In this document: in pieces, positions 9,911-18,814 of the stretch | Layout of the letters: each line of letters starts with the position of its first letter | Position numbering within the stretch: position 1 is the first letter of the stretch | Source of the DNA: an uncultured bacterium | Lineage (GTDB): Bacteria; Muiribacteriota; UBA9980 | Direction of reading: 5' to 3' | Assembly (NCBI GenBank): GCA_964421195.1 | Contig: CAYQWL010000002.1 | Coordinates: 16,801-70,900, forward strand | Length of the DNA stretch: 54,100 nucleotides | Notes under the pieces: generated by a model | Database searches by the model: none | What the model was told of the DNA's origin: nothing | Seen by the model: only the letters and a program-made list of their open reading frames with translations | Position numbers and translations under genes: made by a program

Positions 9911-9944
9911 AAAAAAAGAGACGCCTTTACTTTAAGCGTCTCTT
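9911..9944. terminator. Terminator hairpin between lanM and convergent small ORFs
   Basis: 9-bp stem AAGAGACGC (9916-9924) / GCGTCTCTT (9936-9944). The A-run at 9911-9915 gives a U-tract on the minus strand. Confidence 0.7.
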
Positions 9945-9976
9945 CTGGTTTTAATTATTAACCTGCTAATAATTAT

Positions 9977-10096
9977 TTATTTAAGCCTGTCGGCTTTTAT
10001 TTCCGCATTGTTCCACGATTCGCGCAGACGCGCTAAAAGAATATCGCGCATTACCTCGTGGGCCGTCTTCTTTTGTGCAGGGCGTTCGTTCAACAA
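9977..10096 (-). CDS. Putative 39-aa small protein (MLNERPAQKKTAHEVMRDILLARLRESWNNAEIKADRLK)
   Basis: Manual translation. TTG start preceded by AGGAG (10110-10106); follows the upstream sORF by 17 nt. Below the ORF-track length cutoff. Confidence 0.45.
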   Translation of the reverse strand: MLNERPAQKKTAHEVMRDILLARLRESWNNAEIKADRLK

Positions 10097-10113
10097 TCGA
10101 AACAACTCCTTTT

Positions 10114-10251
10114 TTAATTAGCCGAATGATACATTTCGCGTAAAACCGCTTTGATCAATAAATCTACTTTATCGCTCTGAATGCCTGTCATATTCATCTG
10201 TTTTGTATTATAAAGATTACCGAGAGCCAATACATAATTAGAATTTGTCAT
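10114..10251 (-). CDS. Putative 45-aa small protein (MTNSNYVLALGNLYNTKQMNMTGIQSDKVDLLIKAVLREMYHSAN)
   Basis: Manual translation. ATG with GGAGG SD 8 nt upstream. Below the ORF-track length cutoff. Confidence 0.6.
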   Translation of the reverse strand: MTNSNYVLALGNLYNTKQMNMTGIQSDKVDLLIKAVLREMYHSAN

Positions 10252-10357
10252 ATTACCATCCTCCATACATTTTAATTTTCATACTCTACGATGGTTAATT
10301 AAAAACTACGGCTTACTTAATAAGCGCTGCTACATACAAGTTTTACATACAAAACAT

Positions 10358-10384
10358 ATATCGGCGTAAATTTGATTTACCTTA
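10358..10384 (-). promoter_or_regulatory. Putative sigma-28 (FliA/SigD)-type promoter
   Basis: Minus strand reads TAAG-N15-GCCGATAT, matching the TAAA-N15-GCCGATAT consensus with one mismatch, about 100 nt upstream of the 45-aa sORF. Confidence 0.5.
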
Positions 10385-10397
10385 ATTATTTTTCTTC

Positions 10398-13300
10398 TTA
10401 ATATGGTATAAACTCCAATCCAGGGTTTGTGGCATGAACATCTTTAATTAAAGCTTCCCAGCCCGACATCGAACTTTTATAATAAATTTTTGACAGATAA
10501 ATATCTTTAATTCCATCATATACAGCCGGAGCATTACCTGTAAAATAATAATCCGCGACGGTTAAATTTGAAGAAAAAGCTTTCGCTGCTATATTAACTA
10601 TACTTGAGCCTATGGTAGCCTTTTTTAATTTACAACCTCCAAAAGCTTCACTTTCAATCATTTCAACGGAAGGAAGATTTATCTCAGTAAGGCCTGATTT
10701 ATAAAATACTTTCGACCTTATTATTTTAACGCTTTCCGGTATCACTATCGAAGAAAGATCAGGACATTCAGACAGGCATTCAGAAGGCAGAACCGTTATA
10801 TCGTTTGGAAGAACTACGGAACAAAGCTTATAGCAGCCCTTGCAGGAAAAAGTTTTGACACCGGAAGGCAAAGCCACTTTTTTAACGTAATCATTTTCGA
10901 CATAAACAGCCTCGATTCCCTGCGATATTCTTACGCCCTCGAACTTAGAGCCGACGCCCTGATATATGTAACAATCTCTCACTTTACGCACATTATTTAT
11001 ATACGGCTTAACAGGCCCCATAGAAGGAATGGTAAACGAAACCGTTTCAAGGCCGGGATATACTATAGCGGTTACCGCCGCCTCGCAAGTTTCCGGGCAA
11101 AGCTCACCGCCCCTGTGCACGGTACAGTAATACTCGATTTCATCTCCCGAAGGTTTCGCCGATGAAATAAAAACATCGCGAATAGCATAATCCGCGCTCG
11201 TTACGCTCGAAAAAACTTTTTCGCTCTTATATGCTATCGCTTTTACAGTCGCGCTCGAAGATAACTTGAACGGCGCCGAATAAATAACGCCGCCGGCCGG
11301 AGTTGGTTCGCTCGAATCAATAGTATAACGAATAGTCGCGCCTTCGCTTGAACAGGTTATGGTGATGGTCTGATCTTCGGCGAAACTTCCTCCGGGCGGC
11401 GTTATGATAGGAGTTGCCACGTAAAAATCCATACTGCGGCTATAAATTTCCCATGTAAGCGAAAACAGTTCGGCGTCAAATTCCGCGAGCGTCCACGACA
11501 TCACTTCCAGAACGAAAGCCACGCGCGCGGCGACGCCGGCGGAAACGCTTAAATCGACTTTATTGGCTACGCTCATTTCAGCCAGAAATGAAAGGAATAC
11601 GTCAAGATACACTTTAGGCCCCGCGAGCCCGACTATTTTTAAAGCGAGCCCGACGCTTATATAAGGCTTGATCTCCACGGCGCCGTTTAATTCATAATCG
11701 TCTTTCGCCGAAGAAGTCCGTTTTATATCATTTATTTTGTTCCACGACACGCCGTCGTATTCCGCCCCCACACGCACCGCGAAGGTCCAATCGTTAGAAT
11801 ATTTATAAGAGCCCGTAACGCTCGCGTACGCGTCTATTCCACAGGTAATATCCCATTCAAAGGAGAATGGGACCGGACCGACAGCGAATATATAAGGCAT
11901 CGAATGAAAAAGTTCAAGTTCCGATTTAAGCGGCAACGATGCAGCGAGCGTTACATCAACCTGAAATTCTATGCCGCATGCAAGGTTTCCACCAATAACG
12001 AACAAAAACCTTTTTAGCTTGAACCAGCCTATTTCGATATCGCATTCAATAATCGGATCGAAGGAAATATCAGCTTTCGTAAGTGAAACCGTTAAGCTCG
12101 CATGTTCTAATATATTTTTAAGCTTATCTTTAGACACTATGCTTCTATCAGGAGAAGGAGCCGGCATAACGCTTTTCGAACGCAAAAATTTCGCCACGGC
12201 CTTAGCTTCCGGGCTGCCCGGAGCGGTAGTGTCGGTAGCGTGCAGGGTTGAAAGTTTTCCTTTATATGAATAGTCGAGCTCTTCAAAGGCCGATTCGAGA
12301 CGTGATTGAGTGGTGGTTATATATACCCTGCCGTTTTGCGACGATACAGCCTCGACTCTTCTTAAATATCCATTTCCATGATAACCTATCAGGATATCGT
12401 TTTTTTCTGGAATATCAGACTGATTGAGCACGTTTAAAACAATCTGAGTATCAGACACCGATTCAGTCGTAATCGTTTCTTCGTCTATTATTTTAGCTTT
12501 GGCGGCGAGCTTATAGCTGCATCTATACGTCGTCGTTTGAACGGGGTCAGAGCCGGAATTCGCTACGGACAGAGTAAAATAACATTCCTTTGAAATTCCA
12601 GACGCAGTGTCGGTATATAAAATAGTTATAACAGCCGCTGTAGAGTATTTCGGGGCCGCATAAACCTTCCCTGAAATTTTTCCAACGCTGGCTGTAAAAG
12701 AAGAATTGGCGGTAACTTCTAAAGTTGATCCGTCTGAATAAACGGCATAAACTTTTATCTTATCAAGATCATACGTTCCCGACGCGGCAACGCTATCTGA
12801 TGACGGCAGACAGTAAAGTTCGGTTAATAATTTTTGAAATTTTATATCATCGTCATAATTTATTTTCGTGTCCTGCGATGTATTTACGAAATATGCCTCA
12901 CCCGGTTTAAGCGAAGGATCGCTTCCGTCAAGCGCGACAATATTTCCTTCGGAATCACGCACTACCTGAATAAAACTCCCGGCAACCTGGCTCCATTTAT
13001 ATATGCCTTTAACCGATAAGCTGGATTTCAATAAATTTGTAAAAGTTTTTGCCGATGACGAAGACGACAGCTTAGAAATGCCGAGAAGATTGAAACCCTG
13101 CTTCAGGACAATATCTCCTATAGAAGCCGCAGGAGGGCCGTTTATAGTTAAATTAAAATCGGCGTTCGATTTTATTATATAACCTTTGCCCGTTGAAAGA
13201 TTATTCAAAGTTCCGTCGCTGAAGCTTAAAAAATTTCCAGCCGCAGCGCTATATAAATAAATATCTTCTATGTTCAGATTTTTAGATTTTAGCTCTGATA

Positions 13301-13481
13301 CATTATCTGACGGGGTAACGGTAAAGCTGACGAAATTAAATCCTGTTTTTAAAGCAACTTTTTGTTCGACAACCGAAGTCTGCGCCATTCCAGTTAAAAC
13401 AGACGCATGTAAAAACAATAAAAATAAAAGTAAAAAAACGATAACAGCAAAACATTTTTTTTTATTAAACACTGTAACCAC
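10398..13481 (-). CDS. Large secreted mosaic surface protein (N-terminal repeats, Ig-like segment, chitobiase/Fn3-like domain, C-terminal BspA-type LRRs)
   Basis: Signal peptide; two GFN[FL][VL] repeats; VATPIITPPGGSF...EGATIRYTIDSSEPT (CHB_HEX_C/Fn3-assoc-like); IVIPESVKII, LPSVEMIESEAF, IGSSIVNIAAKAF (LRR_5-like). Confidence 0.8.
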   Translation of the reverse strand: MVTVFNKKKCFAVIVFLLLFLLFLHASVLTGMAQTSVVEQKVALKTGFNFVSFTVTPSDNVSELKSKNLNIEDIYLYSAAAGNFLSFSDGTLNNLSTGKGYIIKSNADFNLTINGPPAASIGDIVLKQGFNLLGISKLSSSSSAKTFTNLLKSSLSVKGIYKWSQVAGSFIQVVRDSEGNIVALDGSDPSLKPGEAYFVNTSQDTKINYDDDIKFQKLLTELYCLPSSDSVAASGTYDLDKIKVYAVYSDGSTLEVTANSSFTASVGKISGKVYAAPKYSTAAVITILYTDTASGISKECYFTLSVANSGSDPVQTTTYRCSYKLAAKAKIIDEETITTESVSDTQIVLNVLNQSDIPEKNDILIGYHGNGYLRRVEAVSSQNGRVYITTTQSRLESAFEELDYSYKGKLSTLHATDTTAPGSPEAKAVAKFLRSKSVMPAPSPDRSIVSKDKLKNILEHASLTVSLTKADISFDPIIECDIEIGWFKLKRFLFVIGGNLACGIEFQVDVTLAASLPLKSELELFHSMPYIFAVGPVPFSFEWDITCGIDAYASVTGSYKYSNDWTFAVRVGAEYDGVSWNKINDIKRTSSAKDDYELNGAVEIKPYISVGLALKIVGLAGPKVYLDVFLSFLAEMSVANKVDLSVSAGVAARVAFVLEVMSWTLAEFDAELFSLTWEIYSRSMDFYVATPIITPPGGSFAEDQTITITCSSEGATIRYTIDSSEPTPAGGVIYSAPFKLSSSATVKAIAYKSEKVFSSVTSADYAIRDVFISSAKPSGDEIEYYCTVHRGGELCPETCEAAVTAIVYPGLETVSFTIPSMGPVKPYINNVRKVRDCYIYQGVGSKFEGVRISQGIEAVYVENDYVKKVALPSGVKTFSCKGCYKLCSVVLPNDITVLPSECLSECPDLSSIVIPESVKIIRSKVFYKSGLTEINLPSVEMIESEAFGGCKLKKATIGSSIVNIAAKAFSSNLTVADYYFTGNAPAVYDGIKDIYLSKIYYKSSMSGWEALIKDVHATNPGLEFIPY

Positions 13482-13762
13482 ACTCCAGAAACACTTAACT
13501 ATATTAATTAAAAATTATACTTGTTTTCATTAAAAAATGTCAATTACTTTATACATATTTTATTTAAATATTCAGCCAAAGCATCAATATAAACTATTAT
13601 TCAATTATATTAAATTAAAATTAAATTATCAATTATTATTTAAGTTTATTAAGCTTGAATTAAAAAATATTAAAAATTTATTTAAGTTGAAACAAAAATA
13701 TTTATTTGATATAATATACTTTAAGTTCAAAGCATTTACATGAAATAAAATGGAGGGGTATC

Positions 13763-14578
13763 ATGAAGTCATTTATGACATTTTTTATAATTTTTTCGTT
13801 ATTTTTTAATTTATCAATTATATCAGCTTATGCGGCTGTAACTTCCGACGGCAGCGCGCCGGTTTATAAGCCTGAATTATTAAAAGAAATCCTTAAAGCG
13901 TGTGAAAAAGCAGTAGGTGAAAAGCAGCAACCTGTGGTAGTATTCGACCTTGATTCGACGCTTTATAACAACGCGCCGCGCAATCGCGCTATAATAGAAG
14001 AATTTGCGGCGGCAGTAACTGATAAATACCCGGAATTTTGCGCCGCCGTTAAAACCATGAAAGATGAACAACTCGCATATTCGCTTGACGACACGCTCAA
14101 AAATATAGGCATTAAAGATGAAAAAGTATTAAAAGATTTAAAAAAAGTATGGTACGATAAATTCTTTACCGATAAATACGTAATTTTAGATAAGCCTTAC
14201 GAAGGCGCGGTAGAATACGTTAAAACTCTACATTCCGCCGGCGTAAAAATAGTATATTTAACCGGCCGCGACACTCCCGATATGCGAAAAGGAACGTTGC
14301 AATCGCTTAAAAACGACGGTTTTCCAATTGACGATACCGCCAGCGTACTTTTAACCAAACCGGAAAAGAAAATTAAAGACGATGTATATAAAAGAAGCGC
14401 AGCGGCTGAAATACTAAAAATGGGAAAAATCATAGCCTCGTTCGACAACGAACCTAAAAACGTAAATCTTTTTAAAGAAGTATTTCCAGGCGCAATCGTC
14501 ATATTCATAGAAACAAACCATTCGCCAAAAGCCGTTCCCGTTGACGCTTCAATTCCCTGGATTAAATCCTGGAAATAA
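13763..14578 (+). CDS. Secreted HAD-superfamily phosphatase
   Basis: GGAGG SD; signal peptide; motif I FDLDSTL, motif II YLTGR, Lys in TKP, motif IV SFDNE. Confidence 0.85.
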   Translation: MKSFMTFFIIFSLFFNLSIISAYAAVTSDGSAPVYKPELLKEILKACEKAVGEKQQPVVVFDLDSTLYNNAPRNRAIIEEFAAAVTDKYPEFCAAVKTMKDEQLAYSLDDTLKNIGIKDEKVLKDLKKVWYDKFFTDKYVILDKPYEGAVEYVKTLHSAGVKIVYLTGRDTPDMRKGTLQSLKNDGFPIDDTASVLLTKPEKKIKDDVYKRSAAAEILKMGKIIASFDNEPKNVNLFKEVFPGAIVIFIETNHSPKAVPVDASIPWIKSWK

Positions 14579-14598
14579 AAAATAAAAATCCGGCTTAA

Positions 14599-15372
14599 TC
14601 ACGATAAACTTCTGAAAACCCGGTATAGTTTATACATAAATCCGGGCGGATGATTATTTCGCCTCACTATTATGCGCGGCATTTCAAGAAGACCGTCTTT
14701 TTTCGCATCATAAATCCGGTTGACTGTAGTAACCGCGCATCGAATATTATTTTTTTTTAATATTTCAAGGGTCTCCGCATTAAAATCGCGATAAGGGAAC
14801 GCGAAGATATCAACTTCGCGGCCCCTTATTTTTTTAGCGAAGTTAATAGACGATTCTATTTCAATTTCAGCGTCTTCACGCTTTAACGCCGATAATTTTT
14901 TATGATCCGCCGTATGAGGCGCTATAACTATATTGGAATCAGAGGCGAGCAAGCGAAGCTCATTTTCGCTCATTATATCAGATGTGCCGGTCAATTCGAT
15001 CCCTTCCCAATCGCCCTTCCTGCCGCACTGGCCTGTTACGCAAAAAACAGTGGCGGGAAACCCATATTTTTTAAGAACAGGATATGCGCAGGTATAAAAA
15101 TCGCGAAACCCGTCATCAAAAGTCAGTGCCACGCTATAAGGCGGGATTGGCCGGCCCTCCGCCGCCATTGCGCCTAATGCCTCTAATGATATGACATTAT
15201 ACCCTGCTTTTTTCAGGTACCACATTTGAAAAGCGAAATTAAGCCGCGATACGTATAACGCCCAGAGCTTAACGCCAGGAGGCGGATCGCCTATATGATG
15301 ATACATTAGAATCGCCGCGATATTTTTATTATCGCTTTCGCCGCCATTATTTCCGTTATTACTTACGCTCAT
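14599..15372 (-). CDS. Polysaccharide deacetylase (NodB/CE4 family)
   Basis: ILMYHH, LTFDDG, HTADH, FAFPY, MPRI motifs. Confidence 0.9.
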   Translation of the reverse strand: MSVSNNGNNGGESDNKNIAAILMYHHIGDPPPGVKLWALYVSRLNFAFQMWYLKKAGYNVISLEALGAMAAEGRPIPPYSVALTFDDGFRDFYTCAYPVLKKYGFPATVFCVTGQCGRKGDWEGIELTGTSDIMSENELRLLASDSNIVIAPHTADHKKLSALKREDAEIEIESSINFAKKIRGREVDIFAFPYRDFNAETLEILKKNNIRCAVTTVNRIYDAKKDGLLEMPRIIVRRNNHPPGFMYKLYRVFRSLS

Positions 15373-15558
15373 TTAACAACAACCAATCATATATTTTCGA
15401 TATAATTTTTATAAAATCCAGTTAATCCTCAACATTCCAGCATTCCGGCCTTTGTCTTTTACTTTCAAATAAAAATTTTTACATATATTAAAAATATAGG
15501 CTCTTTTCCACACGGAATGAAAAAGAACCAAAACATAAAAAAGGCTTAATGTTAAAAA

Positions 15559-18216
15559 TTATCTAAGTTTGCCAAATTTAATCTCGACCGATGAAAAATC
15601 ATCTCTTTTATTGCGCTCATAATCTTTAACAAACTGCTTTCCATCGATATTTTTTTTATTTTTATCGCGGCCGGCGCCGCTTTCTCCTGCGCTTCCGGCA
15701 TTTCTTACCGCAAACGGGTCTTTTTTTAAAGACAGAGAAACACGGCCGCGCTCAATATCTATAGCTATAACGGTAAATTCAAAAACATCGCCTATTTTAA
15801 GAACTTCGAGCGGATGTTTTATAAACTTATCTGCGCAATGTGAAAGATGACATAGCGCGTCATTTTTAATTCCGATATCCACAAAAACGCCAAAATCTAC
15901 TACATTACGAACGGTACCCGCTAATTTCATCCCGATTTTAATATCGCTGATCGAAAGCACATCTGATTTAAGCAAAATCGGCGGCATCTCATCACGTGGA
16001 TCGAGTCCGGGCTTTTTGAGCGCCGCCGTTATATCAAACGCTAATTGTGAAGAAATCGAAAGTTTTTCAGCTATTTCCAGCACCTTTTTATCATCTATAT
16101 TCAAAAATGCGCCGCGCACCTCCGCCAGCCCCTGCCGTCCTTTTAACCCGGCCGGGTCAAGCCCGAAAAGCTCTATCATTTTAAGCGCGGCATCATAAGA
16201 TTCAGGATGTACCCATGTATTATCAAGTATATTCGCAGATTCAGGCACCTTTAAAAAACCCGCGGCCTGTTCAAAAGCTTTATCGCCTATTTTCGGCACT
16301 TTTTTAAGCGCCCTGCGGCTCATAAATTGGCCATTCGCCTCCCTGTATTTAACTATTGATGACGCCTGCGTTTCATTCAAGCCTGAAATATGCTTCAAAA
16401 GCATCGACGATGCTGTATTTAAATTAACGCCGACGCGGTTAACGCAGGAAGCCACCACGTACTCAAGAGATTCATTGAGCCGTTTCTGGTTGACGTCATG
16501 CTGATATTCACCGACGCCGATGGCTTTCGGCTCTATTTTAACAAGCTCCGAAAGGGGATCCTGTACGCGCCGGGCGATCGAAATCGCGCCGCGCGCCAGA
16601 ACATCAAGATCAGGAAATTCCGCTGTAGCAACTTTACTCGCCGAATATACGGAAGCGCCCGCTTCAGACACAATGGCAAATTTTACGCTTAAATTTTCCT
16701 CTTTTATAGTCTGCGCAATAAAAGCTTCGGTTTCACGGGAAGCGGTTCCATTTCCAATAGCAATAAGCTCTACGCCATGCTTTTTAACAAGCGCCGACAC
16801 TATTTTTTTCGCGCGCGCCGAATCATTTTGAGGCGGATGCGGATAAATAGTCATATAATCAAGATATTTGCCGTTCTGATCCACTACAGATATTTTAGTC
16901 CCCGCACGATAACCGGGATCCACGCCCATAACCACACGATTAAAAAGCGGCGGCTGCAAAAGAAGGGCCTCAAGATTTTTAGAAAATATCTTAATAGCAT
17001 GCAATTCCGCATTAACGGTAAGATCGTTTCTTATTTCGTTAGTAATCGAAGGAATTACGAGCCGCTTTAAACCATCTGCAATAGCCTCTATATAATCGTT
17101 TGTAAATATCGAACGGCAATTTTTAATAAAAGCGCGTTCGGCTATTTCAGTTAATTTTAACTCGTTATCAAATTCAAGCGCTACTTTAACGGTAAGTATA
17201 TCTTCGTTTTCACCGCGATTAATAGCCAGAACCCTGTGCGGCGGTATTTTAGAAACCGCTTCTTTATAATCGAAATAATTTTGAAAATCAAGCGGATCAG
17301 CCTTGCGGCTTTTAATAAAATCGAAGTCGCGCCCCCGGACGTCTTCGGCGGAATTACCGCCGGCGGCATCCGCGGCCGTGCTTTTCTTCTGTTTTTTTTC
17401 TTTGCGAAGCGAATGTATAATTCCGTTCGCCTTATAAAATTCACGCACAGCGCTTCTAAATTCCGCATTATCAGATACATTTTCGGCTATTATATCGAGA
17501 GCGTACTTAAGGGCGTCGGCCGCCGAATTAATTCCTTTAGAAGCATCGATATAACATGCGGCATAATCATCAAGCGTTCCCGATTCGGTTTTTTGCTCTT
17601 CGATAATAAGCGCGAGCGGCTCCAATCCAAGTTCGCGCGCAATAGTGCCACGGGTGCGCTTTTTAGGTTTATAAGGAAGATAAAGATCTTCAAGCGTCTG
17701 CATTTTATCGCAGGCTATTATTTTAGCAAAAAGCTCATCAGTCATACGTTGCTGCTCAGTAATCGAGCGGACCACTTCATCTTTACGAGCCATCAATTTA
17801 AGCAAATATTCATAACGATCGAAAACATCTTTTAATACAGTTTCATCCAGGTTGCCGGTCTGTTCCTTACGATAACGCGCTATAAAAGGTATTGTATTTC
17901 CATCCCTTATAAGTTCAAGCGCAGCCCCGGCCTGCTTACTGCTTATGCCAAGCTCGGATGAAATTTTTTGGGCATAATCATAATCTTTAATAATTTCGCT
18001 TACAACCAGCTGGCCGGCTTCTTCGCCATTGCCATTGACGGAGGAGGCGGCGGCAGCGGCCAATGATTTTGACTTTGCCCTGGATTTCACGACGGTCCCC
18101 GTGGAAACCTTAACGTTATCTTCCCCTTTAATTTTTAAGCTAACATTTTTATTATTTGCTTCTACTTCCATATTTTCATTTATACCGTTATTTATATCAA
18201 TCACATCGCTATTCAT
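15559..18216 (-). CDS. tex: Tex family RNA-binding transcriptional accessory protein
   Basis: TIPFIARYRKEQTGNLDE, LEDLYLPYKPKKRTRG, GVDPGYRAGTK, IAIGNGTASRET, SEAGASVYSAS, RRVQDPLSELVKI, HhH motifs and C-terminal S1 (GTVRNVVDFGVFVDIG). Confidence 0.97.
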   Translation of the reverse strand: MNSDVIDINNGINENMEVEANNKNVSLKIKGEDNVKVSTGTVVKSRAKSKSLAAAAASSVNGNGEEAGQLVVSEIIKDYDYAQKISSELGISSKQAGAALELIRDGNTIPFIARYRKEQTGNLDETVLKDVFDRYEYLLKLMARKDEVVRSITEQQRMTDELFAKIIACDKMQTLEDLYLPYKPKKRTRGTIARELGLEPLALIIEEQKTESGTLDDYAACYIDASKGINSAADALKYALDIIAENVSDNAEFRSAVREFYKANGIIHSLRKEKKQKKSTAADAAGGNSAEDVRGRDFDFIKSRKADPLDFQNYFDYKEAVSKIPPHRVLAINRGENEDILTVKVALEFDNELKLTEIAERAFIKNCRSIFTNDYIEAIADGLKRLVIPSITNEIRNDLTVNAELHAIKIFSKNLEALLLQPPLFNRVVMGVDPGYRAGTKISVVDQNGKYLDYMTIYPHPPQNDSARAKKIVSALVKKHGVELIAIGNGTASRETEAFIAQTIKEENLSVKFAIVSEAGASVYSASKVATAEFPDLDVLARGAISIARRVQDPLSELVKIEPKAIGVGEYQHDVNQKRLNESLEYVVASCVNRVGVNLNTASSMLLKHISGLNETQASSIVKYREANGQFMSRRALKKVPKIGDKAFEQAAGFLKVPESANILDNTWVHPESYDAALKMIELFGLDPAGLKGRQGLAEVRGAFLNIDDKKVLEIAEKLSISSQLAFDITAALKKPGLDPRDEMPPILLKSDVLSISDIKIGMKLAGTVRNVVDFGVFVDIGIKNDALCHLSHCADKFIKHPLEVLKIGDVFEFTVIAIDIERGRVSLSLKKDPFAVRNAGSAGESGAGRDKNKKNIDGKQFVKDYERNKRDDFSSVEIKFGKLR

Positions 18217-18658
18217 ATATTATTACCTCATCTCCCGTTTTAACCGCGCCGCCCTTTATTACTCTGGCAAATATTCCTTCAGTCGGCATTACGCAATAAC
18301 CGACCTTCTTTTTAATTTCACACGAATCATGACATTGCTTTCCGAGCTGCGTAATTTCAAGAAGCGTTTCGCCGTTTATCATCATCTTCTGCCCGACTCT
18401 TACACCTTTAAAATCTATTCCAAACGTCGTTATATTCTCAGCGAAATCGCCTGGACCTATATCGGGCGCTATGGCACGCATTCTTTCCGCCGATTCGTCG
18501 GCAAGAAAAGAAATCTGCCGATGCCAGGCTCCCGCATGAGCGTCAGTAACTATGCCTTCTTCATTAATTTCAACTTTATCGACCGGCGTTTTTTTTACGC
18601 CTTTTTTCAAACTTATATTTATCGAGCGGATGCTTCCTCTCTGAATTATATTCAGCAT
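18209..18658 (-). CDS. MOSC domain-containing protein (YiiM-like)
   Basis: DAHAGAWHRQIS, PGDFAENITT, LEITQLGKQCH, CVMPTEGIFARVIKGG. Confidence 0.92.
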   Translation of the reverse strand: MLNIIQRGSIRSINISLKKGVKKTPVDKVEINEEGIVTDAHAGAWHRQISFLADESAERMRAIAPDIGPGDFAENITTFGIDFKGVRVGQKMMINGETLLEITQLGKQCHDSCEIKKKVGYCVMPTEGIFARVIKGGAVKTGDEVIIYE

Positions 18659-18744
18659 TACTTTATTTTTACCTTTCCATCGCTATTTTTATCCATACAT
18701 TTTTCATTGATCGCCATATAATATATTAATAAATTATATATCGC

Positions 18745-18784
18745 CTAAAACACGGGGCCGTCCGAAACTTTCCAGACGGCCCCG
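18745..18784 (-). terminator. Intrinsic terminator after the DUF3352-like genes
   Basis: 10-bp GC stem CGGGGCCGTC (18753-18762) / GACGGCCCCG (18775-18784), followed on the minus strand by TGTTTT. Confidence 0.75.
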
Positions 18785-18814
18785 CTAAAATATAGCGTAT
18801 GCTTACGCCTATTT

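Noticed and set aside
9977-10251. The two small ORFs as LanM precursor peptides
   Set aside because: Neither contains Cys or a GG/GA leader cleavage motif, and they are on the opposite strand.
13537-13743. AT-rich intergenic ORFs (also 23584-23802 and 49016-49279)
   Set aside because: Their F/I/K/L/N-dominated composition is typical of chance ORFs in promoter regions.
18029-18721. 230-aa plus-strand ORF, and the many other 60-200 aa antisense/overlapping ORFs in the track
   Set aside because: They are shadows of well-supported genes on the opposite strand or frame (here MOSC/tex) and have no motifs or SD.
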